Shown here: one piece after another, positions 1 through 8,839 of the stretch
How positions within the stretch are numbered: the first letter of the stretch is position 1
Layout of the letters: the number at the start of each line of letters is the position of its first letter
IMG/VR virus record: IMGVR_UViG_3300037424_002232
Span: 1-38,480 of that record
Reading direction: 5' to 3' (one strand)
Length of the DNA stretch: 38,480 nucleotides
Source of the DNA: a virus
Taxonomy: Duplodnaviria > Caudoviricetes
The notes under the pieces: generated by a model
The model's database searches: none
The model's input: the letters and a program-made list of their open reading frames with translations, nothing else
Told to the model about the DNA's origin: nothing
Program-made: the position numbers and the translations under genes

Positions 1-196
1 TGCTTATATTAAGCATTTCCGGCTCAAAATTGTCACTTTTCAGGTAATTTGAGATAATAGTACTGGTCATAAAAACAAATCTAAGTATTTGAAGTAAAAA
101 AGCAAAACGGCCAAAAAAACGCGCGGAATCAATTTGAGAATAATTGCCGGTTTTGCCGGAAAAGTGCCTCGGATTGACGATCAGTTTGAGAAATAT
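1..196 (+). repeat. Probable left end (attL) with repeated transposase-binding-like boxes
   Basis: 5' TG; direct repeats AATTTGAGATAAT (47-59), AATTTGAGAATAAT (131-144), AGTTTGAGAAATAT (183-196) in AT-rich non-coding DNA. Confidence 0.6.
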
Positions 197-297
197 CGTC
201 AGGCTTCACATATCATTCAAATGCTATTAAACCCGCGCGAAATGGCTGTTTATCTCGCCTCATAAGCCTATATAAACTGTCCCCACCCCTGCGACAA

Positions 298-361
298 TGT
301 CGCACCCTCTGTCGCACCCCCCGTGCGTCACCGTCGCACCCCCCTGCGTCATTGTAGCACC
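298..361 (+). repeat. Cluster of GTCGCACCC direct repeats
   Basis: TGTCGCACCC at 298 and 310, GTCGCACCC at 333, TGTAGCACC at 353. Confidence 0.65.
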
Positions 362-381
362 TAACCACTCTTTAATATCCC

Positions 382-729
382 TTATAGAGGTTTTATCCAC
401 TCATCCGGCACATATCCTGCGCGGCCTTTTTGCGCGCCCTCAAGGACCCTGATCTTACGAACATACATTGATCCGTGTTCCACCACCAAAACCTTCGTAC
501 CATTCGGCACGCTGAAAGCCCGTCCGGTTACGAGCAATTGAATCATACCATCCCGGTCCTTTACGCGGAACGAGGTGAGTATTTCCTTCAAGGCGGCATC
601 GTCGACCCCGACGGGAGTCAATACCCCGGTCGTTCCTCTGAGCGAACCGTGGCCGCCGATCGGGACCGTCGGCGTTTCGCTACAACTCCACAACAATAGG
701 GCGACCACAAACAGTACGACCTGTTTCAT
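382..729 (-). CDS. Lipoprotein, possibly superinfection exclusion
   Basis: Signal peptide with lipobox LLWS-C; directly downstream of the repressor; SH3-like C-terminus. Confidence 0.65.
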   Translation of the reverse strand: MKQVVLFVVALLLWSCSETPTVPIGGHGSLRGTTGVLTPVGVDDAALKEILTSFRVKDRDGMIQLLVTGRAFSVPNGTKVLVVEHGSMYVRKIRVLEGAQKGRAGYVPDEWIKPL

Positions 730-730
730 C

Positions 731-1144
731 TTATCCCGCCTCCTTCTTTCTCTCGCGCTTCAGATCCGCGAGGAGTTTTTCCTTCTCAGCGTATTTTAAC
801 ACATCGCGCCTGGCCTCCTGATCCATATCCATAAGCATTTGGAGTATCTTCGAGGTTGTGTCATCCAGGCCGTAGGGCGCGTGAACTTCAGCTGCGCGAT
901 CCGCACCGAAACCTGGATCTTTGGGGATACGATTCAGTATGCTATCTCCGGTCAATATATAGTCTTCCGGAACGCCGCACACCGCTGCAATTCTTGAAAG
1001 ATCCTTTCCCTTGGGAACGCGATCACCGGCTTCATAATACTGATATGCACGAACCGAGAAATCTAATTTCTTGGCAAATTCTTGTTGTGTTAGGCCACCT
1101 CGAAGCAATTTTAAACGATCCCCGATAACGCGATAATGGCCCAT
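731..1144 (-). CDS. XRE-family HTH prophage repressor
   Basis: IGDRLKLLRGGLTQQEFAKKLDFSVRAYQYYEAGDRVP HTH; divergent from ner. Confidence 0.9.
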   Translation of the reverse strand: MGHYRVIGDRLKLLRGGLTQQEFAKKLDFSVRAYQYYEAGDRVPKGKDLSRIAAVCGVPEDYILTGDSILNRIPKDPGFGADRAAEVHAPYGLDDTTSKILQMLMDMDQEARRDVLKYAEKEKLLADLKRERKKEAG

Positions 1145-1152
1145 TTTTGATT

Positions 1153-1205
1153 ATGCACAAAACGTGCATTTTCTCCTTGACACGCACACTTCGTGCGTGT
1201 ATAGT
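1153..1205 (+). promoter_or_regulatory. Early sigma70 promoter with two operator-like palindromes
   Basis: TTGACA (1177-1182), 17 bp spacer, TATAGT (1200-1205); dyads ATGCACAAAACGTGCAT (1153-1169) and CACGCACACTTCGTGCGTG (1181-1199). Confidence 0.8.
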
Positions 1206-1249
1206 TGTATTTAAGATTATTAATTCTAACCTACAAAGGACCTAAAAAA

Positions 1250-1477
1250 ATGGCCTCCAGAGTAAATCCGAAAGCCGAATACATCAAATATCGCCTGAAA
1301 CTGAAAGGATCCTCGCCCTCGAAGATCGCCAGGGAACGGGGCATAACGTTCACTGCTGTTTGGAACGTCATCGAAGGCCGGTCCGAATCAATGCCGACTA
1401 AACGTATGATCGCCAAGATCACCGGAGAGCGAATCGAGGATCTCTGGCCGGACGACAATGAGCAACGGGCTGCGTAA
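1250..1477 (+). CDS. ner: Ner-like HTH regulator
   Basis: IKYRLKLKGSSPSKIARERG...IAKITGERIEDLWP, typical Ner/Nlp pattern; AAGGA RBS before ATG 1250. Confidence 0.85.
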   Translation: MASRVNPKAEYIKYRLKLKGSSPSKIARERGITFTAVWNVIEGRSESMPTKRMIAKITGERIEDLWPDDNEQRAA

Positions 1478-1540
1478 TCTCCGAGATCGTGCCGGAGAGT
1501 GTAGTCCTATTTTTTTGTCTTGTCAATAGGAGGATGAGCG

Positions 1541-1990
1541 ATGAAAAAAGGCGCTGAGTTTGTTAAAGGTCTTTGCCGGGAATATTTGCTGGCCCATACG
1601 GGCATGACAATAGAGGAGATTGATGCGGGGCTGATACGGATACGGCGCGATGGAGCTCTTAATAACGCGATGAAGGCCCTCAGCGATAGTGCTGCCGCTG
1701 TCATCGAGCGGTTGCACGCCGCATCCAAACAGGAATGTCCTGTAGATGCGGCATCGTGCGACTGTGGCTATCACGAAAACATGCGCGCGGCGGAAAAATC
1801 TCATGAAGCGAACGATGAAGCCGACGCGCTACTACAGGCGCGACAGATATTGGTAGAGCGGATCGTTTCGGCGGCGCTCAAAGGCATGGAATTCGACCTC
1901 GATCCGGTGGACCTCCTTCGCGAGGCTATCGAGAAAGTAGACTCCGACGCAATGGTGATCGTGAACAGGATGCCGGAGATCTTCGCATGA
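1541..1990 (+). CDS. Hypothetical protein
   Basis: AGGAGG RBS; ATGA overlap with the transposase start. Confidence 0.7.
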   Translation: MKKGAEFVKGLCREYLLAHTGMTIEEIDAGLIRIRRDGALNNAMKALSDSAAAVIERLHAASKQECPVDAASCDCGYHENMRAAEKSHEANDEADALLQARQILVERIVSAALKGMEFDLDPVDLLREAIEKVDSDAMVIVNRMPEIFA

Positions 1991-3981
1991 TCGAGACGGT
2001 GACGCTGCGGCGGATCGCAGAGAAAACAGGTATCAGCAAGCGCACCATTGAACGCCGGGCGCTACGCGAAGCGTGGCCTTCCTGCGGCACTACGATCAAC
2101 AACCATAACGAAACGAAACTATATGCAGTCAAGGACCTGCCGGAGGATATCCGGGTGAAGTTTGAGGCCTGTTCTCACTCAAACGGCGACGCGGTCGCCT
2201 TGGTCCATAATGCGGCAGCAGACCCCGCAGCCTCCGCGGGGGATCCACCAAAGGCGTCGGGGTTGCTCACCCCGGCGCCGCTTCTTAAACTCAGCCACAC
2301 TAAACCCATCCCCACCCCGGCCCTCCCCGAATCCGTGACCGAACTCAAGGCCTGGCAGCGCGACGTAATGACGGCGCGGCTGGCGATCATCGGCGCGGTC
2401 GAGAGCATCGCCGCCGCCGAGAGACTCACCATCAACCGCGCGATCGAGCGCTTTCTTGAACTCCTCGGCGGCGGCATGATCGAGGCCGCGATATCCGACA
2501 TGGCCGAGACCGCGAACCATCGCAAGGGGAACGACCGTTCACTCTCGCGCGGAACGATCTACCGCTGGATCCGCGATCGCAAACAGCAGGGCAATCTCGG
2601 CCTCGCGCCGGCGGACAAGGACCCGATGGCGGTGCCGCCCTGGTCGCGCGAATTTCTCGCCACCTTCCGGCTGCCGTCAAAGCCCACCGTGCCCCAGGTG
2701 CTCGAGTCCATGGCGGACCACGCGCCGTCCTACGGCCAGGCCCTGCGCTTTCTCAAGAAGTTTTCCCGCCTCGACGTGCAGCGCGGCCGCATGAGCGGCT
2801 CGGAGCTGCGGTCCATCCGGGGCTACACGCAGCGGGACAAGAGCGACCTGATGCCCATGGACGTGGTTGTCGCCGACGGCCACAGCTTCAAGGCCAAGGT
2901 TGCGCACCCCGCGCACGGCAAGCCGTTTCACCCGGAGATGGAAGGCATCGTCGATGTCGCAACGCGCGTTTGCATCGGATGGTCCGTGGGCCTCGCCGAA
3001 TCCAGCCACGTCGTGGCCGACGCGCTGCGCCACGGGGCCACGGTGAACGAGCAGAAGCCTTTCGGGGGCGTGCCCGCCATTCTCTACGCCGACCAGGGCG
3101 CGGGCAACACGGCCAGGGATATCTCTCATGTGGAACTCGGCGTGCTCGCGCGGATCGGCACGCAGTTCAAAACCGGCATAGCCGGCAACCCCCAGGGCCG
3201 CGGCGCGATCGAGCGCCTCCAGGCCAGCCTCTGGATCCGCGCCGCGAAACAACTGCCCACTTATACCGGCAAGGACATGGACACTCTCAGCCAGCGCCGC
3301 ATCATGAAGATCTTGAACAAGGACATAGAACTAAAAGGCACGTCCGATCAGTTGATAACATGGTCTCGCTTTCTCGGCTTCTGTGGCGAGCAGGTCGCGG
3401 CGTATAACAACCGGCCGCACAGCGCGCTGCCGAAGGTCCTGGACAAAATCACCGGCCTCCGCCGGCACACGACGCCCGCGGAGATGTGGCAAGCCTTCGT
3501 GGCCGACGGCTGGCAGCCCACGCTCCTATCCACGGACGAGATCAACGACCTCTTCAAGCCGCAGGTCCTGGCAAAGACCCGGCGCGGCATGATCACCATC
3601 TTCACCAATACCTATTATCACAAGATCCTTGAACATTACCACGGCGAGGACGTGTACGTGAACTACGATATCCACGATCCCAAAATCGTCTGGGTGCGCG
3701 ACAGCGAGAAGCGACTGATCTGCGAGGCCGTGTTCGAGGCCAACAAGCGGGCTTACTTCCCGGTGCCGGTGATCGAGCAGGCGCGGCAGAAAAGGATGGA
3801 GGGCCGCCTGAAGAGGCTCGAAGACAAGGCGTGGGAGGTACGACAGGAACGAAAGGGGGTGATAAACGCGGCGCCATTGCAAGAAGATCCGATCATCGCG
3901 GCCATGCGGCCGCTGGAGCCGGAGCCTGAGCAGGAACTTGTGATGCGCCTGTACGAGGACACGGATGAACAGGCGGTATAG
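1987..3981 (+). CDS. A: Mu-type DDE transposase A
   Basis: N-terminal Mu HTH; DDE motifs VVADGH, LYADQG, GRGAIER; YNNRPHSAL; Mu-transposase C-terminal domain. Confidence 0.95.
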   Translation: MIETVTLRRIAEKTGISKRTIERRALREAWPSCGTTINNHNETKLYAVKDLPEDIRVKFEACSHSNGDAVALVHNAAADPAASAGDPPKASGLLTPAPLLKLSHTKPIPTPALPESVTELKAWQRDVMTARLAIIGAVESIAAAERLTINRAIERFLELLGGGMIEAAISDMAETANHRKGNDRSLSRGTIYRWIRDRKQQGNLGLAPADKDPMAVPPWSREFLATFRLPSKPTVPQVLESMADHAPSYGQALRFLKKFSRLDVQRGRMSGSELRSIRGYTQRDKSDLMPMDVVVADGHSFKAKVAHPAHGKPFHPEMEGIVDVATRVCIGWSVGLAESSHVVADALRHGATVNEQKPFGGVPAILYADQGAGNTARDISHVELGVLARIGTQFKTGIAGNPQGRGAIERLQASLWIRAAKQLPTYTGKDMDTLSQRRIMKILNKDIELKGTSDQLITWSRFLGFCGEQVAAYNNRPHSALPKVLDKITGLRRHTTPAEMWQAFVADGWQPTLLSTDEINDLFKPQVLAKTRRGMITIFTNTYYHKILEHYHGEDVYVNYDIHDPKIVWVRDSEKRLICEAVFEANKRAYFPVPVIEQARQKRMEGRLKRLEDKAWEVRQERKGVINAAPLQEDPIIAAMRPLEPEPEQELVMRLYEDTDEQAV

Positions 3982-4000
3982 CAGAAACGGGAGAAAAGAC

Positions 4001-4786
4001 ATGTTAATCGATATTTTTTATCAAGTAGTGGGCGCAGGCTTTCCGCTGCCAGACGCAGTTATTAATATCAGCAACGTAGCGGCATACGTATACAACACGT
4101 CATCAATGACCACGCTGCCAGAATTGGCAGATGCAATCAGTCTTCGGAGGCCATTCCCCATCACGTGGTTTGAATTCTTGTACAACGGATATCGCATGGG
4201 AATTCTCAGCCAAGAACGTGGCACCCAAGATGGATTGATCGAATGTGAAGATATATTTCTGGTCAAAACAGCCGGCCGCGACGACTTCATCCTGTGCGGA
4301 CGAGAAGTATTCCTATATGACTCTTTGGGCAAGTGGCATAGCGGCGCGAGAAATCAGCGGGTATTAGCCGGGAATCAAGGGCCCAACACGCCACCATCGG
4401 CGCAAGAACAATTAAACATTTTTGACAGGGCCATAACCCAAGGAACCGGCATTCTCTGCGTTGCCCTCAATTTCCTCCACTGCAAAAACGTCGAACTGGT
4501 TGAGAATCGCCTACTCGCCATGGAGGTAAAAGCGAGAAAAAAAGAGAACAAGGACTATTACGAGAAGTTCTACACCCTCAAGATAGGCGGCATCAGGAAA
4601 ATATTGGACACGGAGGGGGAGGCCCAGACGAAGGGACTGAAGCATGCATTGCATGTCTGTCGAGGATACTTCCGCACCACGAACCTCTTCGGGAAATATC
4701 CGGGCACATATTGGATTCCCGCGCACACTCGAGGAGACGAGGAGATCGGCAAAATTCACAAGGATTATCGAATCGAACCACAATAA
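4001..4786 (+). CDS. Hypothetical protein inserted between A and B
   Basis: More AT-rich ORF; C-terminal HVCRGYFR...WIPAHTRG motif; GGAG RBS before ATG 4001. Confidence 0.7.
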   Translation: MLIDIFYQVVGAGFPLPDAVINISNVAAYVYNTSSMTTLPELADAISLRRPFPITWFEFLYNGYRMGILSQERGTQDGLIECEDIFLVKTAGRDDFILCGREVFLYDSLGKWHSGARNQRVLAGNQGPNTPPSAQEQLNIFDRAITQGTGILCVALNFLHCKNVELVENRLLAMEVKARKKENKDYYEKFYTLKIGGIRKILDTEGEAQTKGLKHALHVCRGYFRTTNLFGKYPGTYWIPAHTRGDEEIGKIHKDYRIEPQ

Positions 4787-4797
4787 CGGAGGAGAGC

Positions 4798-5700
4798 ATG
4801 AGCGATCTACGGCAGCAGTTACAGGAATACATAGATGAGAAAAGAGCAAGTCAGTCTGCGATCGGCAAGGCAATAGACTACAGCGGGTCCGTGGTCAGCC
4901 AGTTCCTGGACGGCACGTATAAGGGCGATCTATCGGCCGTCGAAAAGGCCATCAGCGGATTCTTGCTCAGAGAGCGCGAGCGCAAAGCCGCCCCTGAAGA
5001 GAAGATCCCGTTCATCAAAACGTCCATCTACCAACAGGCGTATGACGTTATTCGCTCCTCGGACCTCGTCGGCGAGATCGGCGTCATCTTCGGCGACGCG
5101 GGCCTCGGGAAGACGGAGGCCCTCAATCACTACGCCAGGAGAAACACCAACGTCATTCTGATCGAGGCGCACGTCGGCTACACCGCGCGGGTGCTCATGA
5201 GAAACCTGCATAAGTTCTCCGGCGGAGACGGCATCGGGAACATCACCGATCTGGTGGATGACATCTGCAAGCGGCTCAAGAACGCCACGCGCTGCATCAT
5301 CATCGACGAGGCGGAACACCTGAACCTTCGCTGTCTGGAACTGCTCCGCCATATCCATGACAGGACCGACTGCGGCATGGTGCTCGCCGGCATGCCGAAG
5401 CTGATGGCAAACCTGCGCGGCAAGAACGACAAACTGAAACAACTCTACAGCCGCCTCGGAGACGCCGTCCACCTCGACAAGCTCACGGCCGAGGACACGG
5501 AGAAGATCGTCAGGGCCGCGGTCCCGAACGCGAACGGCGTCTGGAAAGCATTCCACGAACAGTGCAGCGGCAATACCCGCATCCTCGCAAAGTTCATCCG
5601 GCGGGCCAAGCGTATCGCGGCCCGAAATAACTCGGCGGTCACCGAGGTGATCGTCAACAAGATAGCGAGACATCACAAGGAAGTGCTGGGGCTCGCGTAG
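4798..5700 (+). CDS. B: MuB-like transposition AAA+ ATPase
   Basis: N-terminal HTH, Walker A GDAGLGKT, Walker B IIIDEAEHL, QLYSRLG; GGAGGAG RBS. Confidence 0.95.
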   Translation: MSDLRQQLQEYIDEKRASQSAIGKAIDYSGSVVSQFLDGTYKGDLSAVEKAISGFLLRERERKAAPEEKIPFIKTSIYQQAYDVIRSSDLVGEIGVIFGDAGLGKTEALNHYARRNTNVILIEAHVGYTARVLMRNLHKFSGGDGIGNITDLVDDICKRLKNATRCIIIDEAEHLNLRCLELLRHIHDRTDCGMVLAGMPKLMANLRGKNDKLKQLYSRLGDAVHLDKLTAEDTEKIVRAAVPNANGVWKAFHEQCSGNTRILAKFIRRAKRIAARNNSAVTEVIVNKIARHHKEVLGLA

Positions 5701-5714
5701 ATAAGGAGAGAACG

Positions 5715-5963
5715 ATGAGAAAAACAGGAATGAGAATGGATATCGCGTCATTTTTGGCGATCGTGGGCGCATCCGGGCCGCTCCGGCGGTCCTTATTTAA
5801 GATCAATCGCAAGGACCGGCCCAAGGCGAAGCTTATCCGCATCGAGCGGATCACGGCGGGCGGGCATCACGCCTGGTGCGAGTCGAACGTCGGACTGATC
5901 AAGAAGCCGTTGGCGTCGGTGCCGGATGACCTGATCGCGGAATTCAGGAGGAGGGCGGTATGA
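5715..5963 (+). CDS. Hypothetical protein
   Basis: AAGGAG RBS; operon continuity. Confidence 0.6.
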   Translation: MRKTGMRMDIASFLAIVGASGPLRRSLFKINRKDRPKAKLIRIERITAGGHHAWCESNVGLIKKPLASVPDDLIAEFRRRAV

Positions 5964-6139
5964 ACGTCGTCTCGAGAAAAGACCAGCGGGCGCTTCATGC
6001 GATCCGGGTGCGCGAGAGGCGGCTCAGAAAGAAATTACTGCGCGAATTGAGTGAGACGATCAAGCAATCGAACCGCGAGGCGATGTTTATGGATTCGAAC
6101 ACGGCACGGACAGGCGACATCGGGCGGTGCACGTCATGA
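5960..6139 (+). CDS. Hypothetical protein (59 aa, not in ORF track)
   Basis: AGGAGG RBS; ATGA overlaps at both ends; MNVVSRKDQRALHAIRVRERR... Confidence 0.6.
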   Translation: MNVVSRKDQRALHAIRVRERRLRKKLLRELSETIKQSNREAMFMDSNTARTGDIGRCTS

Positions 6140-6375
6140 AGCGGAATAAAAGCACGCTCGATACCAAGCCGCTACAAGCGATCGCGCGGAAACTCGTGTC
6201 GCTCAAGATACAAATAGAGCAAATGGTCCCCGTGGTATTCGATGCAATCGAGGCCGTAGAGAAGAGCCACAGGAACATCGTGGCCGCGCACAAGGCGCAT
6301 CTGACGATGGCGAAACAGGGAAAAGGCATTTCACCGCAGAGAACGCAAAGATCGCAAAGGAAAGCGAATGACTGA
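6136..6375 (+). CDS. Hypothetical protein
   Basis: ATGA coupling to upstream ORF; C-terminus encoded by a repeat arm. Confidence 0.6.
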   Translation: MKRNKSTLDTKPLQAIARKLVSLKIQIEQMVPVVFDAIEAVEKSHRNIVAAHKAHLTMAKQGKGISPQRTQRSQRKAND

Positions 6376-6958
6376 CACTCCGCGACAAGACCGCCCCTCA
6401 CCCCGGCCCTCTCCCTCGAGGGGCGAGGGTGGAAAGAAGAAAGACCTCCGAGCCATCAAGCTCGGCCGGCTGTTCTCTGAGGCGAAGAAGCGGGGCATCG
6501 ACGCTGATCAGCTCCGCAATGAGATCGCGCCGGGGCAGATCGGGAAGAGGCTGTCGAAGGCGAGCGCTGTGGAGATCGAGACGCTCACGAGATACATCGG
6601 GGCTGCCCCCTCACCAACCTCTCCCTCCAGGGGAGAGGCTACAGCCGAACGGCCGCGCATGAGTGGCTTCAAGGAACGCTACGACGAACTCGGGTTCCGC
6701 GACGGGTTTGCCTCGCCGGGGCAGCTCCGGATGATCGAGGCCATGTGGATGGGCGTGTCGCGGATGCCGAATAGAGCGGCCAAGGAAAGGGCTTTACAGG
6801 GCTTTTTAAAGCGCATTGCAGGGGTCGAGGATATGCGGTTCATCGAGGGCTGGATGGTGCAGAAAGTCGTGAAGGCGATAAGGGCGATGCAAGAACCCAA
6901 GGCTGCCACGAAGGCACCAAGGCACGAAGAAAAGCAGAAAAACAAAACTCCTTTTTAG
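6368..6958 (+). CDS. gemA: GemA/gp16-like (DUF1018) protein
   Basis: ASPGQLRMIEAMW...ALQGFLKRIAGVEDMRFI...KVVKAIRAM; position in the early region. Confidence 0.75.
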   Translation: MTDTPRQDRPSPRPSPSRGEGGKKKDLRAIKLGRLFSEAKKRGIDADQLRNEIAPGQIGKRLSKASAVEIETLTRYIGAAPSPTSPSRGEATAERPRMSGFKERYDELGFRDGFASPGQLRMIEAMWMGVSRMPNRAAKERALQGFLKRIAGVEDMRFIEGWMVQKVVKAIRAMQEPKAATKAPRHEEKQKNKTPF

Positions 6959-6972
6959 CCAGGAGGCACGCT

Positions 6973-7488
6973 ATGGAACAGCAAACATGGAACGCAATAC
7001 GAAGTGGTTATTATCGGCTGCAACGGCGGCAACAACGCGAGGCATCGGCGTATCGGGCCGCGAAGCTGGCGCTCATTGCGCTCCTGATCGGGTTGCTTCT
7101 GATCGCGCTCGTTATTCCGGCGCATGCGGAGACTTCCGCGATGGACGAAAAAACTCAGACGATATTGGCGCTCGCCGCCTTCGCCGCCATCGACTACAAC
7201 CAGAGTTGCGACATGTTCTACAGCAGGCAGGGCTACTACGAGATCAATCCCGTCCTCGGCAAGCACCCCAGCCGACGGGGCATGCTCGTCTTCGGTACCG
7301 CGGGCATCGGCCTGCTCTGGGGCGGGGCCGAGATATTGGAGCGCGCAGGATATCCCCGAGCTGCTCGGGTGCTCGTTGACTCCGCGCTGTCCTCCGAGCA
7401 ATGGAACATCGAAGACAACGTGCTCGTGGCCGACGGCAAGCATCGGCGTATCGATGCGATCCCGATCGTACTCACCTGGAGGTGGTAG
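6973..7488 (+). CDS. Hypothetical membrane/exported protein
   Basis: AGGAGG RBS; hydrophobic helices; EINPVLGKHPS motif. Confidence 0.65.
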   Translation: MEQQTWNAIRSGYYRLQRRQQREASAYRAAKLALIALLIGLLLIALVIPAHAETSAMDEKTQTILALAAFAAIDYNQSCDMFYSRQGYYEINPVLGKHPSRRGMLVFGTAGIGLLWGGAEILERAGYPRAARVLVDSALSSEQWNIEDNVLVADGKHRRIDAIPIVLTWRW

Positions 7489-7541
7489 GTCCCAGTGCGG
7501 AATGCGGAGTTCGGAATGCGGAATAAAAGGAGACACAAAAA

Positions 7542-7772
7542 ATGGTAGCTGAGGCATATACCAAAGAGGACGCCGACGCGGTCCTCAAAGAGATCTCCGG
7601 CCTGAGCCGCGCGGCGCGGGAATATGTCGAGCATATCCTGGGCAACGGACTCATGCGCATCCAGCAGGCGTCAACGATCAATCCCGGCCGCGTGGGGGAT
7701 GAGATAGACCGGATCGTGAAGGAACTGACGACCGCGGGGTTTTGGGAACTGCGCAGGTTGAGGGGCATATAG
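7542..7772 (+). CDS. Hypothetical protein
   Basis: AAGGAG RBS. Confidence 0.6.
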   Translation: MVAEAYTKEDADAVLKEISGLSRAAREYVEHILGNGLMRIQQASTINPGRVGDEIDRIVKELTTAGFWELRRLRGI

Positions 7773-8003
7773 ATGAAGAGCAGGGATAAAAGAAGACGAA
7801 GGACAAAGGAGCTGCGGCGGGGGAATGCCCCCTTGCCTCAGTCCTCTCCCTCAAGGGGCGAGGATGGTTACGGCCAGCAGAATACCAACGGCAAGCGTAC
7901 ATGCAAGTGGGACCAGCGGCTGCTCGATATCAGCGTGTGCATCGTGCGGCAGCACCGAAGCAGCCGGACGTGCTTCGGATGTCAATGGCTCAGGAAGCAG
8001 TAA
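7773..8003 (+). CDS. Hypothetical Cys-containing protein
   Basis: Abuts upstream stop; C-terminal CxxC; contains a translated palindromic repeat. Confidence 0.45.
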   Translation: MKSRDKRRRRTKELRRGNAPLPQSSPSRGEDGYGQQNTNGKRTCKWDQRLLDISVCIVRQHRSSRTCFGCQWLRKQ

Positions 8004-8017
8004 AAACAAGGAGGACA

Positions 8018-8518
8018 ATGATGAAACTCTATGACGCAGTTTTGAAAGGCCCGCCCCAATGGACCCGGATAATTTTCTGGACGCTCATCATCCTGATCGC
8101 CGGGATCCAGATCGGCATGTACAAGGGAAAGCTCCTGGCGATCAATGAATCCATCGGGCAGGTGCTCCAGGTCAAGGACCGGGAGATCCAGAAGCTCAAA
8201 GAGGACATTTATGTAGAGCGCGCGAAGCTCAAGATCGTTCTCTGCGAGAGTGACGGCAAGCACGACAACGTCTGGGGCGACGGCGGAAAGTCATACGGCA
8301 TTTGTCAGTTTCAGAAACCCACATTCATCTGGATGCGCGAGCTGGCCGGGCGGCCCGATCTCCGATGGACGATCCGGGACGATCAACTGGCGCTCCTGGA
8401 CTGGGCGCTGCGGAACGGGTATGGGAAGTACTGGACGTGTTTCGGAAAGGCACGAGGGACGAAGGACGAAGGACGATGGACGAGAGAAGCAAAAGCCGGG
8501 AAGGAGGTGAAGCGATGA
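8018..8518 (+). CDS. Membrane-anchored lysozyme-like/transglycosylase protein
   Basis: TM helix, coiled coil, then CES...SYGICQF..PTF...W..C motif; AAGGAGG RBS. Confidence 0.65.
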   Translation: MMKLYDAVLKGPPQWTRIIFWTLIILIAGIQIGMYKGKLLAINESIGQVLQVKDREIQKLKEDIYVERAKLKIVLCESDGKHDNVWGDGGKSYGICQFQKPTFIWMRELAGRPDLRWTIRDDQLALLDWALRNGYGKYWTCFGKARGTKDEGRWTREAKAGKEVKR

Positions 8519-8667
8519 AGCTGAAAGACGCGATGCTCTGCATGGACTGCGACGAGATCGGCCTCGAGGCCACGCACTGCATGGTTTGCGGGTCCCGCGT
8601 GGTGACGCCGCTGGCCCGGTGGGTCCCGCCCAAGGACACGGTCCGGATCCAGGGCATCATGGACTAA
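8515..8667 (+). CDS. Small zinc-ribbon protein
   Basis: CMDC...CMVC; AAGGAGGT RBS; ATGA overlap. Confidence 0.7.
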   Translation: MKLKDAMLCMDCDEIGLEATHCMVCGSRVVTPLARWVPPKDTVRIQGIMD

Positions 8668-8739
8668 GGCGCTCGATATGGCAGGCAAGGCGATGACGAA
8701 ATGATCGCCATAGCGTTCGGATGGACCGTGTATTTATTC

Positions 8740-8797
8740 GCATAACGCTGAGCTGTGGGGCGCGTCCCCCAGCGGCCCCACGAGCGTTTGGTTAGAA
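8740..8797 (-). other. attC-like integron recombination site 1
   Basis: Minus strand TTCTAAC-CAAAC-GCT(C)GTGGGGC...GCCCCACAGC-TCAGC-GTTATGC; 58 bp with R boxes, L stem and an extrahelical base. Confidence 0.75.
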
Positions 8798-8839
8798 ATG
8801 AATTTTGCGCATCGTGCGAAGCACGATAAGGGGTAGACC

